From the NCBI GenBank assembly GCA_049275655.1, contig JBASUY010000057.1, forward strand, positions 5,303 to 69,302: 64,000 nucleotides of DNA, in the 5' to 3' direction. How positions within the stretch are numbered: position 1 is the stretch's first letter; every line of letters begins with the position of its first letter. The position numbers and the translations under genes were made by a program. This DNA is from Candidatus Omnitrophota bacterium (GTDB taxonomy: Bacteria; Omnitrophota; Gorgyraeia; Gygaellales; Profunditerraquicolaceae). Below, piece after piece: positions 29,598-38,403 of the stretch. Below the pieces are notes generated by a model, which saw nothing but the letters and a program-made list of their open reading frames with translations, had not been told where the DNA came from and ran no database searches.

Positions 29598-30245
29598 CTA
29601 AAGTATTTTAAGGCCTTCTTTTATCTTCTCTAAGCTACTGACCCTAACTACCGCCATAAGAATATCTTTTTCCTTAAAGAGAGTATTGCTATCAGGGATG
29701 ATAACCCCTGTAAGCCTCCTTATAGCAACAACCATAAACTCCTGAGGGATATTAATATCCGCAGGAGACTTACCTATAAGCCCGTCTTTTACTTCTATTT
29801 CAAATACGCCTAAATCTTTGGTTTCAATAAGGTAACTGGAAAACCTACTTTCAATAATCTTATCCCTTAACATAGAGGCAAAGAGCGTTGTTCCGCTAAT
29901 TATATCAAGCCCTAACGCAGCATAAATATGCGCACGCTGCGGATCATATACTCGGGCAATCACCTTAGGGACCTTATAAATCTTTTTGGCAACCTGAGCT
30001 GAAATCAAATTGGTATTATCTCCGTTTGTAAGGGCGCAAAAGGCATCTGCCTTTTCAATGCCTACCTGCCTTAAAAGGTTAAGGTCAAACCCGCTGCCGG
30101 TCATAGTCAAGCCGTTAAAAGTACTCCCGAGGCGCACAAATGCATCCTGCGATTTATCAATAACAACAAGATTATGCCCTTCATTAGCAAGAATCTTAGC
30201 CAGTTCTGCCCCAACCCTGCCACAACCGACTATTATAATATGCAT
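29598..30245 (-). CDS. trkA: Trk/Ktr system NAD-binding regulatory subunit, second copy (RCK_N + RCK_C)
   Basis: It has a Rossmann motif (MHIIIVGCGRVGAELAKIL) and a TrkA-C domain. Confidence 0.85.
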   Translation of the reverse strand: MHIIIVGCGRVGAELAKILANEGHNLVVIDKSQDAFVRLGSTFNGLTMTGSGFDLNLLRQVGIEKADAFCALTNGDNTNLISAQVAKKIYKVPKVIARVYDPQRAHIYAALGLDIISGTTLFASMLRDKIIESRFSSYLIETKDLGVFEIEVKDGLIGKSPADINIPQEFMVVAIRRLTGVIIPDSNTLFKEKDILMAVVRVSSLEKIKEGLKIL

Positions 30246-30254
30246 CTAAGCCTC

Positions 30255-30602
30255 TTACTTTTTTATCATACCGGCTATCTTCTTAAAAGCCGCACTATCC
30301 TGCACAGCCAAATCCGCTAAGATTTTACGATCCAATGCGATATTAGATTTCTTTAGCCCATTTATAAAAGCGCTATAGGTAATGCCGCATTCACGACAGG
30401 CAGCATTAATGCGCGCAATCCATAGAGCGCGGATTTCTCGCTTCTTATTACGCCTATCGCGGTATGCATATTTTAAGGCATGCATAAGCGCCCTCTGCGC
30501 CTGCTGAAACTGCTTACTCCTATCGGAGAAAAACCCTTTCGCCTCCTTTAAAACTCTCTTCTTTCTCCTACGCGTAGCAACACTATGTTTAACCTTTGCC
30601 AT
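30255..30602 (-). CDS. rplT: 50S ribosomal protein L20
   Basis: The 115 aa product reads [17 protein letters not shown]...[12 protein letters not shown]. Confidence 0.95.
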   Translation of the reverse strand: MAKVKHSVATRRRKKRVLKEAKGFFSDRSKQFQQAQRALMHALKYAYRDRRNKKREIRALWIARINAACRECGITYSAFINGLKKSNIALDRKILADLAVQDSAAFKKIAGMIKK

Positions 30603-30621
30603 AATACTCCCTCTCTTTTAT

Positions 30622-30822
30622 TTAACCATACGGAAGCATCCTTTTAAGATACTTAACTTCCTTCTTGTTATTTAATATACGCTTCTTCTTTAGCGCCCTT
30701 ATCCTCTTTGCCGTCTTACTTGAAGCAAGATGGCTCTTACCCCCGGGAGAATATTTAATCTTACCCTTCTTGGTTAACTTAAACCTTTTTGCTACCCCTC
30801 TTTTAGTCTTTAATTTTCCCAT
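30622..30822 (-). CDS. rpmI: 50S ribosomal protein L35
   Basis: The 66 aa product reads MGKLKTKRGVAKRFKLTKKGKIK. Confidence 0.95.
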   Translation of the reverse strand: MGKLKTKRGVAKRFKLTKKGKIKYSPGGKSHLASSKTAKRIRALKKKRILNNKKEVKYLKRMLPYG

Positions 30823-31348
30823 CTCTTCCTTCCTTATTAGGCGCCACTACAAAATGCATTACCCTACCTTCTAATGCCGGCGCTTTCTCTAGCTGCCCTG
30901 CCATTAATAAATCCTCAATAAAGCGGTCTAAGACCTTCTTTCCCAAATCTAAATGCTCCATCTGCCTGCCGCGAAAAAAAAGGCTAACCTTTACCTTATC
31001 CTTCTTCTTTAAAAAAGCTAATGCCTGCTTAAGTTTTGTTGAATAATCATGATCGTCAATATTAGGTTTCAGGCGAATCTCTTTAAGCCGCCCCTGCTTT
31101 TGATGCTTTTTAGCTTCTCGCTCCTTTTTCTCTATGTCATATTTAAATTTGCTAAAATCAATAATCCTGCATACCGGAGGATTAGCTGTAGGAGCAACCT
31201 CAACTAAATCTAACTCATATTGTCCAGCTAACTCTAACGCTTTTTGTATAGATACTATGCCTAATTGTTTTGAATCCGGGCCAATAAGCCTTACATGGGC
31301 AACGCGAATCCTTTCATTAACGCGGATAAACTTTTTTATCTCAACCAC
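30803..31348 (-). CDS. infC: Translation initiation factor IF-3
   Basis: The product reads INERIRVAHVRLIGPDSKQLGIVSIQKALELAGQYELDLVEVAP. The true start may be a non-ATG codon, as is usual for infC. Confidence 0.9.
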   Translation of the reverse strand: MVEIKKFIRVNERIRVAHVRLIGPDSKQLGIVSIQKALELAGQYELDLVEVAPTANPPVCRIIDFSKFKYDIEKKEREAKKHQKQGRLKEIRLKPNIDDHDYSTKLKQALAFLKKKDKVKVSLFFRGRQMEHLDLGKKVLDRFIEDLLMAGQLEKAPALEGRVMHFVVAPNKEGRDGKIKD

Positions 31349-31378
31349 CTTACCTTTCTTTTTTTAATTTAGAGTGCC

Positions 31379-33106
31379 TTATCTAAAAACACTCTTTTCC
31401 TTAATTTCGCCTTTTACCTTTTTTATAAAATCTTGCAGGCTAAGCGTACCTAAATTGCCTTTTCCTTTTCTTCTCACCGCAACTAGCCCTGTACTCTCTT
31501 CCCTGTCACCGATAACTAAAGTATAAGGTATTTTCTCCATCTCAGAATTACGTATCTTCTTATCCAAAGTCTCATTACGCATATCTACCCCTACCCTAAG
31601 CCCTTCATCCCTTAGGGACTTTTCTACTCTGCTACTATATTCAAAAACCCCTTCTCTTATAGGTATTATTAAAACCTGCACCGGGGCAAGCCAAAGAGGA
31701 AAATCCCCGTTGTAGTGCTCTACCAGTGCTCCGATAAAGCGCTCAATGCTCCCAAGCAAGACCCTATGCACCATTATAGGCAATGCTTCCTTACCCTCTT
31801 TATCAATATATGAAAGCCCGAATCTTTTAGGCAAGGCAAAATCACATTGTATTGTAGCGCATTGCCACTGCCTCTTTAAAGCATCTTTAAGTTTTATATC
31901 TATCTTTGGCCCATAAAAAGCCCCATCCCCTTCATTAATATCATATTGTAAATCCTTGTCTTGCAATGCCTCCTTGAGCGCACCGGTTGCCACCTCCCAG
32001 TCTTCATCAGAGCCGATATGGTCTTTAGGCTGAGTGCTTAATTCTATCGCCCATTCATTAAAACCAAACGCCTTCATAGTGTCAAATACAAAATCTATAA
32101 CGCCCTTTATCTCTTCGCGTAATTGTTGTGGAAGGCAAAATATATGCGCATCATCCTGAGTAAATCCGCGTACGCGCAATAAACCATGCAAGACGCCCGC
32201 CTTTTCGTGCCGATAGACGGTCCCTAATTCAAAGAGCCTTATAGGAAGTTCCTTATAACTCCTCGTTTTAGATTTATAGATTAAGATGTGCCCCGGACAA
32301 TTCATCGGTTTTAATACATATTCAGCATTATCCACCCCAAAGACGTACATATTATCTTTATAATAATCATAGTGGCCGCTGGCCCTCCATAAATTAGAGT
32401 GCATTATATGCGGGGTAATAACCATTTGGTAGCCGCGCTTTATATGCTCCTCTTTTTCATAGTCTTCAATTATCTTACGTAAGATAGCTCCCTTAGGATG
32501 ATAGAATACTAATCCTGCCCCGGCTTCTTCATGAAAGATATCAAAGAGCCCTAACGCCGGGCCTATCTTGCGATGATCGCGCAACTTTGCCTCGTCAAGG
32601 TTTCTTAAATAATCTTCTAACTCCTCCTGAGTAAAGAAAGCTGTCCCGTAAATCCTCTGCAGCATAGGGTTTGTCTCTATCCCGTGCCAATATGCCCCGG
32701 CCAAAGATAAAAGCTTAAATGCTTTAACTTCGCCGGTTGAATGAAGGTGCGGGCCGCGGCATAAATCTACAAAACCTTCTCCCGTCCTATAAAGAGAGAC
32801 TACCTCATCGGTAATAGCGCTGATTAATTCTACCTTATAATCTTCTTTACGCTCTTGAAATAACTTAAGCGCGTCTTGGCGCTTCATCTCTTCTCTTCGG
32901 AAGGGCTCGTTTCGCGAAATTATCTCCCGCATCTTTTTATCTATGGCCAATAAGTCTTCTTCGGTAAAAGGCTCTTTTCTATCAAAATCATAATAAAACC
33001 CGTCTTCAATCGCAGGGCCAATGCCTAATTTAACATCCGGCCATAATTCTTTTACCGCGGAAGCTAAAATGTGTGAACAAGAATGCCTTAAAGTCTCTAT
33101 ATCCAT
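31379..33106 (-). CDS. thrS: Threonine--tRNA ligase (lacks N-terminal TGS domain)
   Basis: The 575 aa product has the HxxxH editing/SAD motif (RHSCSHILASAV) at the N-terminus. It has a class II core and an anticodon-binding domain. Confidence 0.9.
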   Translation of the reverse strand: MDIETLRHSCSHILASAVKELWPDVKLGIGPAIEDGFYYDFDRKEPFTEEDLLAIDKKMREIISRNEPFRREEMKRQDALKLFQERKEDYKVELISAITDEVVSLYRTGEGFVDLCRGPHLHSTGEVKAFKLLSLAGAYWHGIETNPMLQRIYGTAFFTQEELEDYLRNLDEAKLRDHRKIGPALGLFDIFHEEAGAGLVFYHPKGAILRKIIEDYEKEEHIKRGYQMVITPHIMHSNLWRASGHYDYYKDNMYVFGVDNAEYVLKPMNCPGHILIYKSKTRSYKELPIRLFELGTVYRHEKAGVLHGLLRVRGFTQDDAHIFCLPQQLREEIKGVIDFVFDTMKAFGFNEWAIELSTQPKDHIGSDEDWEVATGALKEALQDKDLQYDINEGDGAFYGPKIDIKLKDALKRQWQCATIQCDFALPKRFGLSYIDKEGKEALPIMVHRVLLGSIERFIGALVEHYNGDFPLWLAPVQVLIIPIREGVFEYSSRVEKSLRDEGLRVGVDMRNETLDKKIRNSEMEKIPYTLVIGDREESTGLVAVRRKGKGNLGTLSLQDFIKKVKGEIKEKSVFR

Positions 33107-33111
33107 ATTAA

Positions 33112-33188
33112 TGGTGGGCCCAAGAGGACTTGAACCTCTGACCTTTGCGATGTCAACGCAACGCTCTAACCAACTGAGCTATGAGCCC
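33112..33188 (-). tRNA. tRNA-Val (anticodon GAC), CCA encoded
   Basis: The reverse complement is GGGCTCATAGCTCAGTTGGTTAGAGC...TTGACAT...GGTTCAAGTCCTCT...CCA, a cloverleaf with the anticodon loop ttGACat. Confidence 0.85.
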
Positions 33189-33204
33189 TTGATTATCTTT
33201 CTAT

Positions 33205-33576
33205 CTAATCAAAAACCGACCCGCCTTTACCTGCAATCTGGCCTCTGCCTATATTGCGGACTACCCCCTCTTCGGTAAATTGTATTGTCAAAGTATGGGT
33301 AACAGAGTCGCTTCCTCCCGCAACTGCGCCTAAGTAAGGCAAGAATGATGATGCCCGGGTCTGGGACCTAGAATATACATACTCCCAAACCTCATATCCG
33401 GCATCCGTAAAATCAACCTTAGTCGGACTGCCAAATAAAGAGCGGACATCCTCTTTGGTAGATACTCCCTTTTGAATTTGGCTAATCCTAGAATCATCTA
33501 TGATACTACTTGAACCTGTTGTAGCACACCCCTCTAAACAAAAAATTAAAGCCGCTAAAATAAAGATGTAACGCAT
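33205..33576 (-). CDS. BamE/SmpA-OmlA-like outer-membrane lipoprotein
   Basis: It has a lipoprotein signal and lipobox (ALIFCLEGC). It has a SmpA_OmlA-like segment ([25 protein letters not shown]). Confidence 0.5.
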   Translation of the reverse strand: MRYIFILAALIFCLEGCATTGSSSIIDDSRISQIQKGVSTKEDVRSLFGSPTKVDFTDAGYEVWEYVYSRSQTRASSFLPYLGAVAGGSDSVTHTLTIQFTEEGVVRNIGRGQIAGKGGSVFD

Positions 33577-33603
33577 AAATCCTCCTTCCTCTATTATAAT
33601 ATA

Positions 33604-33686
33604 TGGGCAAGAAGGGAGTCGAACCCTTACGACCTTGCGGCCAACAGATTTTAAGTCTGTCGTGTATGCCTTTCCACCACTTGCCC
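33604..33686 (-). tRNA. tRNA-Leu (anticodon TAA), class II with long variable arm
   Basis: The reverse complement is GGGCAAGTGGTGGAAAGGCATACACGACAGACTTAAAATCTGTTGGCCGCAAGGTCGTAAGGGTTCGACTCCCTTCTTGCCCA. It has the anticodon loop cTTAAaa, a 14-nt variable arm and discriminator A. Confidence 0.85.
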
Positions 33687-33716
33687 TAAATATACTTTAA
33701 AAACTTACCTGATTTA

Positions 33717-33788
33717 AGGCGTGGACCGGGTTCGAACCGGTGAATAACGGTTTTGCAGACCGTTGCCTTACCACTTGGCTACCACGCC
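33717..33788 (-). tRNA. tRNA-Cys (anticodon GCA)
   Basis: The reverse complement is GGCGTGGTAGCCAAGTGGTAAGGCAACGGTCTGCAAAACCGTTATTCACCGGTTCGAACCCGGTCCACGCCT. It has the anticodon loop ctGCAaa and discriminator U73 typical of tRNA-Cys. Confidence 0.85.
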
Positions 33789-33790
33789 AA

Positions 33791-34339
33791 CTATAAATTA
33801 TTTTTTAGCGTATTTTTTACAGCTTTTAAAATATCCTCTTCATCTGCCAAACATCCGGTACCCGTGGAACCACAAGCTAATTTCCCTTTTTTAGGAGCAA
33901 TGAATTTAAATCCAAAACCCATAAGCTTTGTAATATTGCTTTGAGTAATCTTATTGTTATACATATTTTCGTTCATTGCGGGTGCTATCAAAATAGGGGC
34001 TTTCGTTGCTGCCACTATACAGGTTAGCATATCATCGCATATGCCACCGGCAATCTTAGCAATAATATTTGCGGTTGCAGGTGCTATTAAAACTAAATCC
34101 GCTTTTGTTGCCAACGCTATATGCCCTATATCCCAAGGAGAAGAGGTTACAAATAACCCCTGATAAACCTTATTCCCAGAGAGGCTTTGAAAAACTATAG
34201 GGCTAATTAGCTCTTTAGATTCTTGTGTTTGTATGACTGTAACGGAATAACCTTGCTTTTTCAACAGGCGGACTAATCCACATGCCTTATAAATAGCTAT
34301 ACTAGCAGTAATTCCTAAAATAATATTTTTACTTTTCAC
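33791..34339 (-). CDS. coaC: Phosphopantothenoylcysteine decarboxylase (flavoprotein domain only, CoaC)
   Basis: The 182 aa product has the flavoprotein fold motifs GITASIAIYKA and PAMN. It has no CoaB synthetase half. Confidence 0.75.
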   Translation of the reverse strand: MKSKNIILGITASIAIYKACGLVRLLKKQGYSVTVIQTQESKELISPIVFQSLSGNKVYQGLFVTSSPWDIGHIALATKADLVLIAPATANIIAKIAGGICDDMLTCIVAATKAPILIAPAMNENMYNNKITQSNITKLMGFGFKFIAPKKGKLACGSTGTGCLADEEDILKAVKNTLKNNL

Positions 34340-34560
34340 TAATCAGTCTTCTTGTTTATTTTTTTAGCTTGCACCTTGCCACTGGCAACTTCGCATAAGG
34401 CTATGGTTGATGGCTTTACAGCAGAATGAGCCTCTACAAGCTTAGGCTGGCCTTCTATAATTTCTAACGCCCTTTTTGCAACAAGGTTAACCAGTTTATA
34501 AATAGAACCCTCGCTCTTTGATAATAATTTTTCTCTCTCAATATAACCCATAGAACACAC
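34339..34560 (-). CDS. rpoZ: DNA-directed RNA polymerase subunit omega
   Basis: The 73 aa product reads KYKLVNLVAKRALEI. It lies in the conserved gmk-rpoZ context. Confidence 0.75.
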   Translation of the reverse strand: MCSMGYIEREKLLSKSEGSIYKLVNLVAKRALEIIEGQPKLVEAHSAVKPSTIALCEVASGKVQAKKINKKTD

Positions 34561-34565
34561 CCCTT

Positions 34566-35129
34566 TTATTTTAACTTATTTAGGATAATCGCCTTTAGCC
34601 TCTTAAACGCCTGATCTAAGTTTCTATTCCGTAGAGTATAGTCGTAATACGCGGCATTCAATAACTCTCTCTTAGCAATTTTGATGCGGCATGACAGTTC
34701 TCTTTCCCCTGTTTTGCATGAGCGCCCATATATTCTCTTGCGTAATTCTTTTATCGAAGGAGGAAGGATAAAGATAGAGACTGTTTCTTTAGGGTAAAGC
34801 TTTTTTATCCTTTGGGTACCCTTAAAATCCAGGCAGAAGAGAATACCTTTTTTCGCCCTTAAAGCAGATTCTACTATATCTTTTTTCGTCCCGTAATAAT
34901 ACCCTAAATATTTTGTCCACTCAAGTATTTTTCGCTTTTTCTGAAACAGGTTAAATGCCTCCTTATCTACGAAAAAATAATCCCTCCCCTCTACTTCCCG
35001 CAACCGTTTCATACGGGTAGTTATTGATACAGATTTAATTAATTTTTTTTTAAGCCCCGGGTCTTTAAGCAAAAGGTTGCGCAGAGTTGTCTTTCCCGAT
35101 CCGGACGGTCCAGAGAGTATAAAAATCAT
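34566..35129 (-). CDS. gmk: Guanylate kinase
   Basis: It has a P-loop (ILSGPSGSGKTTL) and GMP-binding motifs (RxxxxGExxGxDY: RLREVEGRDY). Confidence 0.9.
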   Translation of the reverse strand: MIFILSGPSGSGKTTLRNLLLKDPGLKKKLIKSVSITTRMKRLREVEGRDYFFVDKEAFNLFQKKRKILEWTKYLGYYYGTKKDIVESALRAKKGILFCLDFKGTQRIKKLYPKETVSIFILPPSIKELRKRIYGRSCKTGERELSCRIKIAKRELLNAAYYDYTLRNRNLDQAFKRLKAIILNKLK

Positions 35130-35953
35130 TCTATATTCTGTGCCTGCTCACGAATTTTTTCAATTATGCTTTTTACTTTAAGGACTTGCGCGGAGACTGC
35201 TTTATCAAAAGTCTTCGCCGCTAAGGTGTTTGCTTCCCTCTGTAACTCCTGTGCGATAAAATCAATCTCCTTGCCTACCGAAGTATTAACTTTTATCTTA
35301 CTTTGCAAATTACGAATATGAAAACCCAGCCTATCTATCTCCTCTGTGGTATCCGTATCTTTTAAAAATGCTCCTCTCTCCTCATCGGTAGCAAACCTTT
35401 TAAGCCTTTCTCTTAGAGAGGCCCTTAATATACTTTTAATTAAACTTAGCCTCTTTTTTAGCTCTTCGGTCTGCCCCTTTAAATAACCTTGAAGCGCAAT
35501 GCCTTCTTTCTTGCGCGACTTGGATAAATTATTAAGCGCCGCCATTAAGGCAACCCTTAAAGCCGGCCAAATCCCTGTCACAGATAAACTCTCTTCTTCT
35601 AAGGCTAATATCCCCGGTAGGCGGATTAAAGAATCAAAGCTAATCGAATCCTGAATCCCCAGCTCTTTTTTTACCTTATTTATCTTATCAAGATACCTCT
35701 TTAACAAAAGGGTATTAATCTCTACGCTGCCTGATTTTTGCCCCAAGATATTTACTACGCAAGCAACCCTGCCTCTTTTTACCTTGCCCTCAATAATCTT
35801 TTTAATCTTCTCTTCCAGAGCAAAAGACCCCTCAGGAAGATGCAAAGATATCTCTAAAAATTTATGGTTCGTGCTTCTTAGTTCTACGGTTATCTTTCCG
35901 CGGCCTTTTAGGCTCAGTTCAGAGCCCCCAAAGCCGGTCATACTCTTAATCAT
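35126..35953 (-). CDS. yicC: YicC-family stress-induced protein
   Basis: The N-terminus is MIKSMTGFGGSEL, the TIGR00255/YicC pattern. It is 275 aa and lies upstream of gmk, as is conserved. Confidence 0.8.
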   Translation of the reverse strand: MIKSMTGFGGSELSLKGRGKITVELRSTNHKFLEISLHLPEGSFALEEKIKKIIEGKVKRGRVACVVNILGQKSGSVEINTLLLKRYLDKINKVKKELGIQDSISFDSLIRLPGILALEEESLSVTGIWPALRVALMAALNNLSKSRKKEGIALQGYLKGQTEELKKRLSLIKSILRASLRERLKRFATDEERGAFLKDTDTTEEIDRLGFHIRNLQSKIKVNTSVGKEIDFIAQELQREANTLAAKTFDKAVSAQVLKVKSIIEKIREQAQNIE

Positions 35954-35972
35954 TCGTTTTTTTTCTTTCTGT

Positions 35973-36476
35973 TCAAGCCCAAATATTTGCCTGGATCTTT
36001 TTCTCTACTGCTTCTTTAGCAGGGTAGAGATTTACAATTATCTCGTCGGGCTGGAACCATAATTTAATCTCCCTCTCCGCCTCTGATTCATTGGAAGAGA
36101 CGTGTATTACATTTTCATAAACCCCGGTTGTGGTAATCCGGCCGTAAGAGCCGCGTATAGATGTTGGGTCTGCCTCTTCCGGATTAGTTGCTCCGGCAAG
36201 CTCCCGGCATTTTGTAATTGCTCCCTCACCCCAATATACTAACGCCATAACCTTCTTACGGTTATGCAGGTCCCCTTGCAAATATTTAATAAGGTCGTTA
36301 AAAAATGGCTTATCCTTAAGATGGCAGTAGTGGTCCTCTGCAAGCTGCTTAGAGACTCTAACCATCTTAGCAGCTACTATCTCTAATTTGGTCTCGGAGA
36401 GGCGGGTTAAAATATTCCCGGTTAAAGATTTTTTAAGCCCATCCGGTTTTATAAGAATAAGCGCAGCTTGATTCAT
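35973..36476 (-). CDS. ndk: Nucleoside diphosphate kinase
   Basis: It reads LILIKPDG...IRGSYG...NVIHVSS, which matches the NDK active-site region (NIIHGSD) with the catalytic His. Confidence 0.7.
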   Translation of the reverse strand: MNQAALILIKPDGLKKSLTGNILTRLSETKLEIVAAKMVRVSKQLAEDHYCHLKDKPFFNDLIKYLQGDLHNRKKVMALVYWGEGAITKCRELAGATNPEEADPTSIRGSYGRITTTGVYENVIHVSSNESEAEREIKLWFQPDEIIVNLYPAKEAVEKKIQANIWA

Positions 36477-37330
36477 CCCTCTTTCCCTCCCCTTATTACC
36501 CCTACAATTCTCTCAAGGTCCTCCTGAGAGTAAAATTCAACATTGATATTCCCACGCTTCTTCCTTTTATTAATCCTTACCTTTGTAGATAGGCGCCTCT
36601 GTAGCTCTTCTTCTAAAAGAGCGACATAAGGCTCCCGGGGCGTGCGAATAACTTTAGCCTTCTGTATCCGTGGCCTGCTTGCCCTGATTAAATTTTCTAA
36701 CTCCCTCACTGATAAACCACGGGATATTGCTTCTTGTGCAAGGACACGCTGACGGTTCTCTCCGTCTACCTCTAATAGCGCCCGGCCATGGGCAAAAGAG
36801 AGCCGGCCTTTTTTTAACTCCTCTTGAATTTCGTGAGGGAGCTTTAAAAGCCTTAGCGTATTTACTATAGTTGTGCGGGCCTTTCCTAAGCTTTCACTTA
36901 TCTTCTCTTGAGTTACCTGAAACTTATCAATGAGATGCTGATAAGCATGCGCCTCTTCAATAGGATTTAATCCCTCTCTTTGTATATTCTCAATCAAGGC
37001 GTACTCTAAAGAATCCTTATCATCTACATCTTTTATTATTATTGGTATCTCATTGATACCCAACGAGTTACATGCACGCAATCTCCTCTCACCTGCAATT
37101 AATTCATAATAATCCCCCTTCTGCCTAACTAAAAGCGGCTGGATTATTCCTTTCTCTTTTATAGATTGCGCTAATTCTTCAATAGCATTAATATCAAACT
37201 CTTCTCTGGGCTGAAAGGGGTTAGGGCGTATCTGCGTAGTTTGGACATAAATAACTTCGTTTTTCTTAGCATGCTCTTTCCCTGGAATTAATGCTTCTAT
37301 TCCTTTTCCTAATGCTTTTCTTTCCATCAA
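36473..37330 (-). CDS. parB: Chromosome partitioning protein ParB/Spo0J
   Basis: It has ParB-box motifs (IRPNPFQPREEFD, LIAGERRLRA) and an HTH. Confidence 0.9.
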   Translation of the reverse strand: MMERKALGKGIEALIPGKEHAKKNEVIYVQTTQIRPNPFQPREEFDINAIEELAQSIKEKGIIQPLLVRQKGDYYELIAGERRLRACNSLGINEIPIIIKDVDDKDSLEYALIENIQREGLNPIEEAHAYQHLIDKFQVTQEKISESLGKARTTIVNTLRLLKLPHEIQEELKKGRLSFAHGRALLEVDGENRQRVLAQEAISRGLSVRELENLIRASRPRIQKAKVIRTPREPYVALLEEELQRRLSTKVRINKRKKRGNINVEFYSQEDLERIVGVIRGGKEG

Positions 37331-38124
37331 GGTTCTCCTTCTATTTTTATAGCTTCAGAATCTAAAGATAACCCTAAAATTTCACGGCATAATTCTGCAT
37401 ATTTATGCGCGCCTAAAGAATCTTTATCATAAAGCAAAATTGGTTTGCCAAAACTAGGAGCCTCGGTCAAGCGTATATTTCGCGGGATTACCGTGCGGTA
37501 AACCTTATCTTGAAAATGATTGCGTGCTTCTTGGATAACCTCTTTAGTTAGGTTCGTCCTAAAGTCCGCCATAGTCAATAAAACTCCCTCTATAGCCAAA
37601 TTTGGGTTAATATTATCTCTTACAAGGCGAATAGTATTATTAAGTTGAGTTAAACCCTCTAAGGCATAATACTCGCACTGCACCGGAATTAATACTGAAT
37701 CAGCTGCACATAGCCCATTTATTGTCAATAAACCTAATGAAGGCGGGGAGTCAATAATAATAAAGTCATATTCTGCTTTTATCTTATCAAGGGCTCTTTT
37801 AAGTCGGTATTCTCTACCTAAAGAACCAACAAGCTCTACCTCTGCTCCAGTTAAGTCTAAATTAGAAGGGGCGACAATAAGATTAGGTATATTAACGGAG
37901 TGCAAAATATCCTTAATATCTAATTCTTCTAATAATACATGATATGTACTCTTTGTAATATTATGCTTATTTAAGCCTATGCCGCTTGTAGCATTAGCTT
38001 GGGGATCCAGGTCAATAAGCATAACCTTTTTTTCATACGTAGCTAAATATGCAGAAATATTAACCGCGGATGTAGTTTTGCCTACTCCACCCTTCTGATT
38101 ACAAATTGTGATTACTTTACCCAT
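37327..38124 (-). CDS. parA: Chromosome partitioning ATPase ParA/Soj
   Basis: It has the deviant Walker A KGGVGKTT and is 265 aa. Confidence 0.9.
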   Translation of the reverse strand: MGKVITICNQKGGVGKTTSAVNISAYLATYEKKVMLIDLDPQANATSGIGLNKHNITKSTYHVLLEELDIKDILHSVNIPNLIVAPSNLDLTGAEVELVGSLGREYRLKRALDKIKAEYDFIIIDSPPSLGLLTINGLCAADSVLIPVQCEYYALEGLTQLNNTIRLVRDNINPNLAIEGVLLTMADFRTNLTKEVIQEARNHFQDKVYRTVIPRNIRLTEAPSFGKPILLYDKDSLGAHKYAELCREILGLSLDSEAIKIEGEP

Positions 38125-38146
38125 TGATATTCATATAGTTACAAAC

Positions 38147-38162
38147 TGTTCCACGCGGAACA
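38147..38162. promoter_or_regulatory. parS-like inverted repeat (tGTTCCACGCGGAACa) 23 nt upstream of parA start
   Basis: It matches the parS consensus tGTTTCACGTGAAACa at 13 of 16 positions. The half-sites GTTCC/GGAAC are perfectly symmetric. Confidence 0.35.
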
Positions 38163-38205
38163 TATCAAATTGGATACAAATATTATCTTACATATAAAGA
38201 CATTG

Positions 38206-38403
38206 TCAAGCCTTTTTTGTCTCTTTTATAACAATAGCACGTATCCTTGCTAACTTAGCTCCAGGCATACCAAAGAGCCCTTTTGCTTCTTCAGATAAGA
38301 CTTCTATTTTAACTTGTTTACGGGGTAATTGTAGTTGATGTAGCGCTTCTTTTATCGCCGCACTTACTGTCTTACCCTCTACTTCTATAAATCTATTCGT
38401 CAT
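38206..38403 (-). CDS. Jag/KhpB N-terminal-domain-only protein (65 aa)
   Basis: It reads IEVEGKTVSAAIKEALHQLQLPRKQVKIEVLSEEAKGLFGMPGAKLARIRA, which matches the Jag_N domain. There are no KH or R3H domains. It is immediately downstream of yidC, where jag normally sits. Confidence 0.5.
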   Translation of the reverse strand: MTNRFIEVEGKTVSAAIKEALHQLQLPRKQVKIEVLSEEAKGLFGMPGAKLARIRAIVIKETKKA

